Shown: positions 1 through 9,032 of the stretch, piece by piece
Numbering within the stretch: position 1 is the stretch's first letter
How the letters are laid out: each line of letters begins with the position of its first letter
Source: Deltaproteobacteria bacterium
GTDB taxonomy: Bacteria > Myxococcota > Kuafuiibacteriia > Kuafuiibacteriales > Kuafuiibacteriaceae
Direction: 5' to 3'
DNA length: 64,000 nucleotides
Assembly: GCA_040218735.1 (NCBI GenBank)
Contig: JAVJQW010000011.1
Coordinates: 128,001 to 192,000 of the forward strand
Made by a program: the position numbers and the translations under genes
The notes under the pieces: model-generated
The model's input: only the letters and a program-made list of their open reading frames with translations
What the model was told of the DNA's origin: nothing
Database searches by the model: none

Positions 1-2427
1 CTCGACGGTCGCTGCGAGGCGCACCCCGCGGCGGAGTTCATCGCGACGCCCGGCCCCGGCGGCAGCGCGCGCGGCGCGTTGCAGGTCGGCCTCGGGATCG
101 CGCCGCTCGACTTCCCGGTCGGTGTGTCGCTCGCCGGGTACGGCAGCCGCTTCGGACCGCGCACGCCGTACCGCGACTCACTCGGCGGATCGAGCGCGTG
201 GTTCGATCGACCCGACGTGCGCGCGCTGGTGTTCGACGATGGCAAGGAGCTGTTCGTCCTCCTCCGGCTCCCCACCTGCTGGACCACGGACTTCATGGTC
301 GCGCGCACCGCCGAGAAGGTGATGGAAGCGACCGGCGTGAACCTGATCGATCACATCCTCACCTCGTCGCCGCACAGCCACTCGCAGCCTGCGCGTTACT
401 GGCACCTCGTGAAGGGCCTCGGCTTCGGGTTCTTCGGGTACGGCGAGTGGTCGCCGGAGATCTTCGAGCGCCTCACGTCGTCCTTCGCGGAGGCGATCAT
501 CATGGCGATGGACGCACGCGAGCCCGCGAAGTTCGGCTACGCGGTCCTCGACGACTTCGACCCGACCAACGACATCAACCGCGACCGCCGCGAGCGCAAC
601 AACGGCCTGCCGAACGACGACGGCAAGGACAACCGCATGGTCGTGATGCGCGTCGACGACGCCAACGACCAACCGATCGCGGTGCTCTCGAACTTCGGCA
701 TCCACGGCACGGTGTTCGGGAGCAGCAACCCCGTCGTCACCGCCGACGCGGGCGGCGGCGTGGAGGGTGTCCTCACCGACCGCGCGAGCGAGAAGTACGG
801 GCGTGACGTCACCGGCTTCTTCATCCAGGGCAACGCGGGCGACATCTCCCCCGACGGCGACGACCTCGGGCACCCCGACTTCGAACGCATCCAGCTGATC
901 GGCGAGCGTGCGTGGGGCGTGATCGAGCCGGCGCTCGACGGCATCACGACGTCGGCCGACACGAAGGTCGGCTTCGCGACCCAGCGCGTCCCGATCACCC
1001 ACGAGCTGCTCGGCTACGGGCCGGGCAAGTTCTTCGACGCCAACGTGTCCTGCGAGAACGGGCGCGACTACTTCCGGTTCGGCGCGTTCCAGTGCGTCGA
1101 GGGGTTGATCGACGACGAGGACCCGAGCACCGCGTTCGAGGACGGCGCGCTCAACTGCGTCTTCGGCGTGGAGTGCCTGACGGACGGGCACCCGGTGCCG
1201 CAGTTCCAGAAGACGGTGCTGTCGGTGGCGCGCCTCGGCACGCTCGCGCTCGCGTCGATGCCCGGCGAGCCGCTCTCGCAGTTCGGGCGCGACCACTCGG
1301 ACCGTATCGAGTCGGCGGTCGAAGGCATCGAGGACGCGACGATCCTCGGCTACAGCCAGGACCACCACTTCTACCTCCTCAACGAGGACGACTGGCTGCA
1401 GGGCGGCTACGAGCCGTCGCGCGACATCTGGGGCTGGAAGTTCGGCCCGTACCTCCAGGACAACTCCCTCGCGATCGCCGAACAGCTCGCGGCGGAGCCG
1501 GAGGACCGCACGCTCGACAACCAAAACCTCAAGCCGATGTACTGGGTCGACCCGCCGGAGGAGACGGCGTGGGTCGAGCTCACGCCGACGTCCGGCGACC
1601 CGGCGGCGTTTTCGATCGACGCGCCCGCGCAGCACGAGCGCCTCGACGAGCTCGTCGTCGAGTGGGCGGGCGGACACCCCGGCGTCGACCAGCCGGTGGT
1701 CATCCTCGAGCGCGACGACGGCCAAGGCTTCGCGCCGGTTCGCAAGCCTGGGGACCGCGTCTACGACGACCGCGGCTTCGAGATGATCGTCGAGTACCGC
1801 GGCGCGTGCACGCGCGCGCAGTGTGAGGACCACAAGTGGGCGGTGCGCTGGCAGGAGCGCGGCGACTTCCCGCTCGGCACGTACCGCCTCGCGATCTCGG
1901 GGCGCGCGTTCGTCAGTGGCTCGGTCGTCGACTACACGATGAACACCGCGGCGTTCGAGGTCGTGGCGTCGACGCGGATGCAGTTGTGGAACCTCGCGTT
2001 CGACGGCGAGGCGCTCACGGGCTTCGCCGCCGAGACGCCGCTCGTGCGCCTCGAGCCGGACGGCGACACGTTCACCGCCGAGGACAACACGTTCCTGCTC
2101 CGCTCCACCGAAGCACCCGCGCAGTACGGCGCACCGCTCGCCGACGGTTCGATGGTCACGATCGCCGGCACCGTGCGCGCCCCCGGCGGCGCGACGACCT
2201 CGATCGACACGTCGGTCGCCACCACGCGCCTCACCACGGCGCGGCGCCGCATCACGGGCGTCGACGCGGAGGGCGTGGTGCAGTGGGCGAACGGCCGCGA
2301 GTACCCGACGAGCCGGTGGTCCGTGAGCGACGCAGCGTTCACGGAGACCGGCGACTACTTCGTGTCGCTGACGATGACGGACACACGCGGCAACCTCGGA
2401 ACGGTGACGGCGACGGTGACGCGCTGA
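1..2427 (+). CDS. Neutral/alkaline ceramidase-family hydrolase (5' end outside window) with C-terminal Ig-like extension
   Basis: Frame is open from base 1. Motifs LAGYG, HSHS (HTHS-like Zn site), NFGIHGT, QGNAGDISP (GDVSP-like), PGEP and GGYE match neutral ceramidases. Confidence 0.75.
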   Translation, partial: LDGRCEAHPAAEFIATPGPGGSARGALQVGLGIAPLDFPVGVSLAGYGSRFGPRTPYRDSLGGSSAWFDRPDVRALVFDDGKELFVLLRLPTCWTTDFMVARTAEKVMEATGVNLIDHILTSSPHSHSQPARYWHLVKGLGFGFFGYGEWSPEIFERLTSSFAEAIIMAMDAREPAKFGYAVLDDFDPTNDINRDRRERNNGLPNDDGKDNRMVVMRVDDANDQPIAVLSNFGIHGTVFGSSNPVVTADAGGGVEGVLTDRASEKYGRDVTGFFIQGNAGDISPDGDDLGHPDFERIQLIGERAWGVIEPALDGITTSADTKVGFATQRVPITHELLGYGPGKFFDANVSCENGRDYFRFGAFQCVEGLIDDEDPSTAFEDGALNCVFGVECLTDGHPVPQFQKTVLSVARLGTLALASMPGEPLSQFGRDHSDRIESAVEGIEDATILGYSQDHHFYLLNEDDWLQGGYEPSRDIWGWKFGPYLQDNSLAIAEQLAAEPEDRTLDNQNLKPMYWVDPPEETAWVELTPTSGDPAAFSIDAPAQHERLDELVVEWAGGHPGVDQPVVILERDDGQGFAPVRKPGDRVYDDRGFEMIVEYRGACTRAQCEDHKWAVRWQERGDFPLGTYRLAISGRAFVSGSVVDYTMNTAAFEVVASTRMQLWNLAFDGEALTGFAAETPLVRLEPDGDTFTAEDNTFLLRSTEAPAQYGAPLADGSMVTIAGTVRAPGGATTSIDTSVATTRLTTARRRITGVDAEGVVQWANGREYPTSRWSVSDAAFTETGDYFVSLTMTDTRGNLGTVTATVTR

Positions 2428-2428
2428 C

Positions 2429-3553
2429 ATGACGGCTCGCGCTCGGTGGCTCCCGGCGCTCGCCATCCTCGCGTTCGGTTGCAGCGCCAGCCCGAGCCCG
2501 GAGCTCGGCGGACGCGGCGACATCCGAAACATCGGCCAGCTCCCCCTCGCCGGCAACGGTTGCGGCGCACGAGGCGAGCGATGCTGTGGACCCGATCGCG
2601 AAGACGTCCCGTGCGACACGAAGTGGTTGCGCTGCCAGGAGAACGACATCTGCGGCGACTGCGGCGCGCTGGGGCAGTCGTGTTGCGAAGACGCCTGCCA
2701 GGATGGCCTCGCGTGTGAGGACGAGCGGTGCAGCCTCCCGCGCCAGGAGGCTCGGCCCGTCGCGTTCTACGAGGCGAAGCAAGGTCAGGTCGTGAAGATG
2801 TGGCCGGCGACCGAGGGATTCTGCGCGCTGACGGGGATCGCGGGTGATCTCCAGGGCGGTGGTGAGATCGTCGATGTCTACGTCGGCTCCGACGGCTACT
2901 GGAGGCTGAGCGCACAGTCCGGCCAAGGCTGGATCCGAGGCGAAGCACACTGCGTCGCGCACGACGCGTTCCTCGCCGACAGCGAGGTGCGCCAATCCTT
3001 CCCCGTCCAAGGGCGCGCGCGCGCCACCGCGCAGGCCTGCGAGGACGACACCGGCCCCTTCACGCCCGGTTGTACGTGTCACGCGAACCGCGGCGCGGTC
3101 GAACACGGCGACGCGGTCCGGGGCGGCCTCGCGTGCTCCGTCAGCCGTATCTCGGGGCGGTTCAGTGGGAGCGAGGCGGTCCAAACGCTGCTCGGGAGCG
3201 TCGAGGTCACGTCGTGTGGCCCGCCCTGGGTACAAGGCGAGGCGCGCTGCATGTACTTCGGGCAGACGCGTGTCGCCTATGACGCTCCCAACGAGTTCCG
3301 GAACGTCTCCACCTTCCCGAACCCCACCGAGATGAGCCTGACGAGCCGTGCGTTTTGCTACCTGACGAAGGTGAGCGGTCAGTTCCGCGGCGGTGCGGAG
3401 TTCGTCCGAATCAGTCGCAACGAAGACAGCGGGAGCGGCCGGTGGTACCTGCGCGCGGGCGCGGGCGCCGCGGCCGGCAACGCCGGGACACGCGGCACCG
3501 CGCGCTGCGTGCTCTACGACCAGCGCTGGAACCCGCCCGCGCTCCCGGACTGA
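2429..3553 (+). CDS. Cys-rich lipoprotein with three internal repeats
   Basis: Lipobox LAFGC, Cys-rich N-terminus, three units of the form C-x-(L/V)-(T/S)-x-(I/V)-x-G...G-x-A-x-C. Starts 1 bp after the upstream stop. Confidence 0.75.
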   Translation: MTARARWLPALAILAFGCSASPSPELGGRGDIRNIGQLPLAGNGCGARGERCCGPDREDVPCDTKWLRCQENDICGDCGALGQSCCEDACQDGLACEDERCSLPRQEARPVAFYEAKQGQVVKMWPATEGFCALTGIAGDLQGGGEIVDVYVGSDGYWRLSAQSGQGWIRGEAHCVAHDAFLADSEVRQSFPVQGRARATAQACEDDTGPFTPGCTCHANRGAVEHGDAVRGGLACSVSRISGRFSGSEAVQTLLGSVEVTSCGPPWVQGEARCMYFGQTRVAYDAPNEFRNVSTFPNPTEMSLTSRAFCYLTKVSGQFRGGAEFVRISRNEDSGSGRWYLRAGAGAAAGNAGTRGTARCVLYDQRWNPPALPD

Positions 3554-3555
3554 CG

Positions 3556-3996
3556 CTACAGCTGCGGGCCGGTGATGTAGGTCTCCAGCTGCTCGACTTC
3601 GTCGCGCAGGTCGCTGGTGACCCACTTCGTGAGGTCGCCGATCGACACCATCCCCACCAGCCGCGTCCCCTCCATCACCGGGAGGTGGCGGAGGCGGCGG
3701 TCCGTCATCAGGCGCATCGCGTCCATCACCGACATGCGCGGCTCGACGGTCACGAGCGGCGACGACATCAGCTCCCCGACCGGGACGTCCTTCGGCTCCC
3801 GCTCGGATTCGACGACGCGCCGGAGCACGTCGCGTTCGGTGAAGATGCCGACCGGGACGTCGTGCTCGACGACGAGGACGGCGCCGATCCGGTTCTCGTT
3901 CATCGCCCGCACGGCGGCGAGCGCGGTCGTTTCGGGCGTTACGGTGTGAACCGCGTGCCCCTTCTTGTCCAAGAGCGTTCGAAGATCACTCTGCAT
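3556..3996 (-). CDS. CBS-domain pair protein
   Basis: IGAVLV, GIFTERD, RHLPV and GMVSIGDL motifs of tandem CBS domains. Confidence 0.92.
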   Translation of the reverse strand: MQSDLRTLLDKKGHAVHTVTPETTALAAVRAMNENRIGAVLVVEHDVPVGIFTERDVLRRVVESEREPKDVPVGELMSSPLVTVEPRMSVMDAMRLMTDRRLRHLPVMEGTRLVGMVSIGDLTKWVTSDLRDEVEQLETYITGPQL

Positions 3997-4069
3997 CGTT
4001 GGTTTCCCCCTTGAATCGGAAAACCTACGACCAAGCCCGGGTCATCCCGCAAGCGACCGCCGACGCCAC

Positions 4070-4954
4070 CTAGCGACGATGTGCTCGGCGCCGCACCCAC
4101 GCCCACAGTCCGATCACGAGGACGGCGACGGGACTCGCGCCGCGCCCTCGACGTTCGACGCCGCACGCGCAGCCTCGGCCGTCGAGCGGAGCGCGCGTGG
4201 GCGCCCTCCCCAGCCCGCCGGACGCGCCCATCGTCCCAGCGTCGACGACGCCCGCGTCGGGCTGCTCGACGACGCGCTGAAGATCGACGCAGACCAGCTC
4301 CGAGTCGGCGAAGTTGCCGGCGAGGTCGATCGCACGGACGAAGTAACAGCGCTCGCCGGGCGTCACGCCCGCGACGACACCGATCGTGACGTTCTCTGTC
4401 GCGGCGCCGTCGGGACCGAGCCGCGACGACACGAGCTGCAGCGGCTGCCCCGGCGTCGCTTCGAACAAGTAGAACGCGCCGAGGCCGAAGTCGTCGGCGA
4501 TGAGATCGACGACGAGCTCCACATAAAAGCCTTCGTCGATGCACATCGACGAGTTCTCCTCGCGGTACATCGCCGTCGCCGAGATGACCTCGCCGACCGC
4601 GGGCGCCACGAGGTCGTCGAACGAGACGACGCGGAACTCGCGCCGGATCGCTTCCACGTCGGGGCGCCCCGACTCCGCCGACACGATCGCCTCGCGTCCG
4701 AAGTACGTACCGTCGTTGTAGATCTCGTACACGCTGGCGTGCGGTTCGACGCGCAGCGGAATGAAGACGTCGAAGTCGAGCCACGTCGCTTCGACCGGAT
4801 CGACCTCGAACCCCGACACGTACCAGACGCCGTTGCGCGGGATGCGACCGCCCTCGCGCGGCGCGGTCTCGGCGAAGCCGTGGAACAGCGAGCAGGCCTC
4901 GGCGGGCTCGGGCACGGCGAGCAGGAACAACAGGGCCAACGGGAGCGCGCGCAT
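4070..4954 (-). CDS. MYXO-CTERM-anchored surface protein
   Basis: Signal peptide MRALPLALLFLLAVPEPAEAC. C-terminal GCAC motif, then a hydrophobic helix and a basic RRR tail. Confidence 0.8.
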   Translation of the reverse strand: MRALPLALLFLLAVPEPAEACSLFHGFAETAPREGGRIPRNGVWYVSGFEVDPVEATWLDFDVFIPLRVEPHASVYEIYNDGTYFGREAIVSAESGRPDVEAIRREFRVVSFDDLVAPAVGEVISATAMYREENSSMCIDEGFYVELVVDLIADDFGLGAFYLFEATPGQPLQLVSSRLGPDGAATENVTIGVVAGVTPGERCYFVRAIDLAGNFADSELVCVDLQRVVEQPDAGVVDAGTMGASGGLGRAPTRAPLDGRGCACGVERRGRGASPVAVLVIGLWAWVRRRAHRR

Positions 4955-4982
4955 GGTCGTCGCCCGCCATGTTAACGCGAAT

Positions 4983-5723
4983 TCAGACCGCTTCGATCGA
5001 CTCACTCGGGGCGTCCTCGACGATACGGCGCGGGTTCGTGGTCAGCAGGACGTCCACATCCCCGCCCCGCTTCTTCACGAGTTTCTCGAGCACCTTCTTC
5101 GACGGCCCCACGATCTTGTCCACGTCCTCCGGCCGGTGCAGGTCACACGCCGCGACGTGGTACGCGCCCGCCTTCACGAGGCGCTCCGAGGCCTTCTTCG
5201 CGGTCCGACCGTAGTGGCCAACGAGGCTCCCGGCGTCGAGTTGGAGGAGCACCCCGTTGCGCGCGAAGATCTCCTGCGCAGCGTCGAGATCACGCGCGAC
5301 CTGCTCGCAGCGTTCCGGATGCGCGATGACCGGCACGTAGCCGCACAATCGGATCTCGTAGAGGAGGTCGTCGAAGCGCGGCGGGAGCTGACGCAGCGGC
5401 AGCTCGATCAACACGTACCGGCTCGACTCCCCGAGCGTGAGGAGCGTCTTGGCCTTCGCCGCCGCGAGCAGCTCGGGCGCAAAGTAATACTCGGCGCCGA
5501 GGAACAGCTCCATCCCCACCGGCTCGAGGAGCGGCGCGACCTCGTCCCGGCGACGCCGGATCCCGTCCGGGTCGTTGTCGAACATGCCCGGGCGGATGTG
5601 GGGCGTCGCGACGAACCCGCGGTGCCCCGCGGCCTTGGCGCGCTCCGCGAGGGCGACCGACTCGGCCGGCGTCCGGCAACCGTCGTCGAGCCCGAACAGG
5701 ACGTGGTTGTGGAGGTCCAGCAC
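4983..5723 (-). CDS. PHP-family tyrosine phosphatase (CpsB/CapC/YwqE-like)
   Basis: DLHNHVLFGLDDG, ATPH, LGAE, IAHPER and DLH motifs. GTG start inferred at 5723. Confidence 0.88.
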   Translation of the reverse strand: MLDLHNHVLFGLDDGCRTPAESVALAERAKAAGHRGFVATPHIRPGMFDNDPDGIRRRRDEVAPLLEPVGMELFLGAEYYFAPELLAAAKAKTLLTLGESSRYVLIELPLRQLPPRFDDLLYEIRLCGYVPVIAHPERCEQVARDLDAAQEIFARNGVLLQLDAGSLVGHYGRTAKKASERLVKAGAYHVAACDLHRPEDVDKIVGPSKKVLEKLVKKRGGDVDVLLTTNPRRIVEDAPSESIEAV

Positions 5724-5753
5724 TTCAGGTCCGCATGATAGCCTCCACCACCA

Positions 5754-5957
5754 ATGGCCGCATGGGCGTATAAGGTCTTGGTGCTTCCCTCCTCGCACTA
5801 CGAATACGACGAGGAGGTGCTGAACCTGCAGGGTGAACATGGATGGGAGCTCGTGAATCTGCTGTTCGACACGCAGGGCAACCGCGTCGCGTACCTGAAA
5901 CGTCCGTCGGACGGGCCGGCGCCGGATCTCGAGACCACACTCAACGACGGTCAGTGA
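5754..5957 (+). CDS. Small DUF4177-like protein
   Basis: W-x-YKV...LN-x-x-G-x-x-GWELV...YLKRP pattern. Confidence 0.75.
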   Translation: MAAWAYKVLVLPSSHYEYDEEVLNLQGEHGWELVNLLFDTQGNRVAYLKRPSDGPAPDLETTLNDGQ

Positions 5958-5965
5958 GGGTACGC

Positions 5966-8926
5966 ATGATGCGTCGACGGATCCCCGCCCTACTCTTCTT
6001 CGCCCTCGCCGCGTGCAGCGGCGGCGACGACGACCCGATGACCCCGCGCGACGGCGGGACCCGCGACACGGGCCCGACCGAAACGCCGCGCGACGGCGGC
6101 CCGCGCGACGGAGGCGTCATCGACTCCGGCCTCCCCCCCGACGCGGGCGTGCTCTTCTCCGAGTCGAGCTGCGCCGCGTGTGACACCGGGTGCCCGGGCG
6201 GCATGTGCCTCAACACGCAGACCGAGAGCTTCTGCGCGGATGCATGCGGCGACGACCTCGACGGGTGCATCGACGGCTACACCTGCTTCGACATCGCGCA
6301 GGGGATGGGGACCCCGCAGTACTTCTGCGTCCCGCCCGGCGCGACGTGTGAGGAGCCCGCAACCAACCACGGGACGAGCTGCTACGGCGACGTGTCGGCG
6401 TGCGGCCCGGGGATGGACTGGTGCGAGGGGGACTACTTCGCGCTCGGGTACTGCACCACGAGCTGCGCGGGCGGGAGCGCCTGCCCGCCCGGGTACACGT
6501 GCGGCGTCGGCGACGACTTCATCACGCCGACGTGCATTGCAACCCAGCTTGCGGGCGCCGAGTACTGCGGGCGCCGCAACGATCTCGAGCTCACCGAGAC
6601 CCCCTGCACCCTCGACCGCGAGTGCATGCAGGGCCTCGTGTGCGTGAAGAGCGAGCCGTCCCTCCCGGGTGTCTGCGCGCCGCCGTGCGGCGCCGGCTGT
6701 GATCCCGACAAGACGTGCCGCACCACCCTCCGCGGCGACGTCTGCCTCAGCCGCGACTGCGCGTGCCACGGCGAGACGGTGCCCGAGGGGACGCGGAACC
6801 TGATGGCCGAGGCGCTCGCGAACGTCGACATGACGAGGTGCAGCGCCATCTGGGACACCTTCGCGTTTGCGAACCTCCCGAAGGACCTCCTCCTCGACCC
6901 GTACCGGCTCAGCTGGTTCGACGACATCCACAACGAGCCGCTCCGCGGACCCGACTTCGCGAAGGGGGTCGTGCGCGACCTCGACGCCGCCGCGGAGGAC
7001 GACGGGATGGCGCCGCCGCGCCGCGCCGCGCGCATGGTGGAGCGGCTCGCGGAGCTGATCGACTTCCCCGCGAACGGGAGCGCCCCCGGGATGCTCGATC
7101 CGGTCGAGCCGCTGACCGAGGCGATGGTGGATCTGATCAACGCTACCGGCGGCAACCCGGACCGCGCCGCGATCCTCGCCGACGCGGCGGACGTCCCGAT
7201 GGATCTTCAGCTCGCGCTCGCGGAGGTGCTCGACGCCATTCGTCGCGCGGACGCGAAGCAGAAGCTGGCCGTGCCGAACGCGAACAACCGCAACAACCTG
7301 TACGACTTCGGCGCCGCCTTCATCGCGCCGCGCGCGGATCGGTTCGGCCTCAACGTCGCGACGCCCAACACCCAGCGGCTCCTCAACGAGGACATCCCGT
7401 ACGGCGAGTTGTACGGCGCGCAAGTCGACTTGCTCGACGCGATCGGCATGGCGGCGCTGCACCGCTTCGCCGCGACGCCGAGCACCACCGCGACCGCCGC
7501 GGCGACGTACGTGTTCGTCCAGGACACGCCGATCGGCCGCGTCGCGATCTCCGACGGCGAAAACGGCGTGCACACCGACGACGCCCCGGACGGCTGGGCG
7601 CTCCTCGTCGACCTCGGCGGCGACGACCTCTACCGAGTCCCCGCCGGCGGCAACGTGAACGCGACGAACTCGGTGTCGGTGCTCATCGATCTGAGCGGCG
7701 ACGATCGCTACGGCTACGTCGAGGTCCCGCACCCGCTCGACGACATGCGCCTGGTGTCGGACGCGGGCGGCCGCTACACGCCCACCGCGGGCCCCGACGA
7801 GGACAACGGCCCGACGAGCTTCTCCGAGACCCCGCGTCAGGGCGGCGGCCGCATGGGCACTGCGACGCTCGTCGACCTCGGCGGCGGCGACGACGAGTAC
7901 CGATCGCTTCGGCTGTCGCAGGGCACCGGTGTGTTCGGCACCGGCGTGCTCGTCGACGACGACGGCGACGACCTCTACCTCGGCGAGGCCGCGATGCAGG
8001 GCGCCGCGGCGTTCGGCATCGGTCTGCTCTTCGACGGCGGCGGCAACGACGAGCGCCGCGCCTACCAGTTCGCGCAGGGCTTCGCGTACGCGCGCGCGGC
8101 GGGCGCGGTCTACGACGTCGCGGGCGACGACTTCTACTTCCTCGACCCCGGCGATCCGGACGCGGGCGGCGACCCGCTGTACTACTCGGCGCAGCGTCCC
8201 GGTCGCGCGAACTCTTCGCTCGGCCAGGGCTTTGCGTTCGGTCGCCGCGCGGACTTCACGGACCGCGCGTTCATGAGCGGCGGCGTCGGCATCCTCGTCG
8301 ACGCGTCGGGGAGCGACCGCTACGACGGGAGCATCTTCGTGCAGGGCGGCGGGTTCTGGTTCGGCACCGGCATCCTCGCCGACCACGAGGGTGACGACGC
8401 CTACGACGCGCTCTGGTACGCGATGGGGACCGGCGCACACTACGCGCTCGGCTTCCTGCTCGAGGGCGCCGGCAACGACACCTACGGCGGCGCGCTCCCG
8501 CGCGTGAATGTGACGATCGCGGGCGCGCACGACTACACGGCGGCGTTCCTGATCGACGAGTCGGGCGACGACGTCTACAACGGCTCGCGCATCACGCTCG
8601 GCGCCGGCAACGTGAACGGCATCGGCTTCTTCGTCGACAACGCGGGCGACGACGAGTACCGCCCGCGTACCGCCTACGGCGTCGGCAACGCGGCCCTGTC
8701 GGAGAACACCGACGCGGGCAACGCGCGCCGCAAGGTCCGCAGCGTCGGTGTGTTCATCGACGCGGGCGGCACCGATCTGTACGAGGTGAACGGTATGCCG
8801 CCGGAGGCGAACCTCGGCAACGATCAGACCTGGCGCCAGGCGCAGAACATGGACCCCGCTATCAACCGGAACGAGCGCGGATCGGGCGTCGATGGCGTCG
8901 GGGAGTCCACGCTCCACGCCCGCTAA
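5966..8926 (+). CDS. Large lipoprotein: Cys-rich N-terminal region plus repeated D-x-x-G-(D/N)-D-x-Y solenoid
   Basis: Lipobox ALAAC, RDGG linker, many Cys, and about a dozen DxxGxDxY repeats with QG-x-G-x-G motifs. Confidence 0.82.
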   Translation: MMRRRIPALLFFALAACSGGDDDPMTPRDGGTRDTGPTETPRDGGPRDGGVIDSGLPPDAGVLFSESSCAACDTGCPGGMCLNTQTESFCADACGDDLDGCIDGYTCFDIAQGMGTPQYFCVPPGATCEEPATNHGTSCYGDVSACGPGMDWCEGDYFALGYCTTSCAGGSACPPGYTCGVGDDFITPTCIATQLAGAEYCGRRNDLELTETPCTLDRECMQGLVCVKSEPSLPGVCAPPCGAGCDPDKTCRTTLRGDVCLSRDCACHGETVPEGTRNLMAEALANVDMTRCSAIWDTFAFANLPKDLLLDPYRLSWFDDIHNEPLRGPDFAKGVVRDLDAAAEDDGMAPPRRAARMVERLAELIDFPANGSAPGMLDPVEPLTEAMVDLINATGGNPDRAAILADAADVPMDLQLALAEVLDAIRRADAKQKLAVPNANNRNNLYDFGAAFIAPRADRFGLNVATPNTQRLLNEDIPYGELYGAQVDLLDAIGMAALHRFAATPSTTATAAATYVFVQDTPIGRVAISDGENGVHTDDAPDGWALLVDLGGDDLYRVPAGGNVNATNSVSVLIDLSGDDRYGYVEVPHPLDDMRLVSDAGGRYTPTAGPDEDNGPTSFSETPRQGGGRMGTATLVDLGGGDDEYRSLRLSQGTGVFGTGVLVDDDGDDLYLGEAAMQGAAAFGIGLLFDGGGNDERRAYQFAQGFAYARAAGAVYDVAGDDFYFLDPGDPDAGGDPLYYSAQRPGRANSSLGQGFAFGRRADFTDRAFMSGGVGILVDASGSDRYDGSIFVQGGGFWFGTGILADHEGDDAYDALWYAMGTGAHYALGFLLEGAGNDTYGGALPRVNVTIAGAHDYTAAFLIDESGDDVYNGSRITLGAGNVNGIGFFVDNAGDDEYRPRTAYGVGNAALSENTDAGNARRKVRSVGVFIDAGGTDLYEVNGMPPEANLGNDQTWRQAQNMDPAINRNERGSGVDGVGESTLHAR

Positions 8927-8948
8927 TTGTGGTATTCATCCGCAGCCG

Positions 8949-9032
8949 GCCGGGATGGCGAAATTGGTCATACGCGGGGGCCTTAAAAGCCTCTGTCCTC
9001 TGGACGTCAGGGTTCGAGTCCCTGTCCCGGCA
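8949..9032 (+). tRNA. tRNA-Leu(UAA), CCA not encoded
   Basis: Acceptor stem GCCGGGA/TCCCGGC, D-arm TGGCGAAATTGG, anticodon arm GGGGC-CT-TAA-AA-GCCTC, long variable arm, GGTTCGAGTCC T-loop, discriminator A. Confidence 0.95.

Noticed and set aside
8949-9032. tRNA-Leu(UAA) as an island attachment site
   Set aside because: I saw no duplicated tRNA 3' end or integrase in the window.
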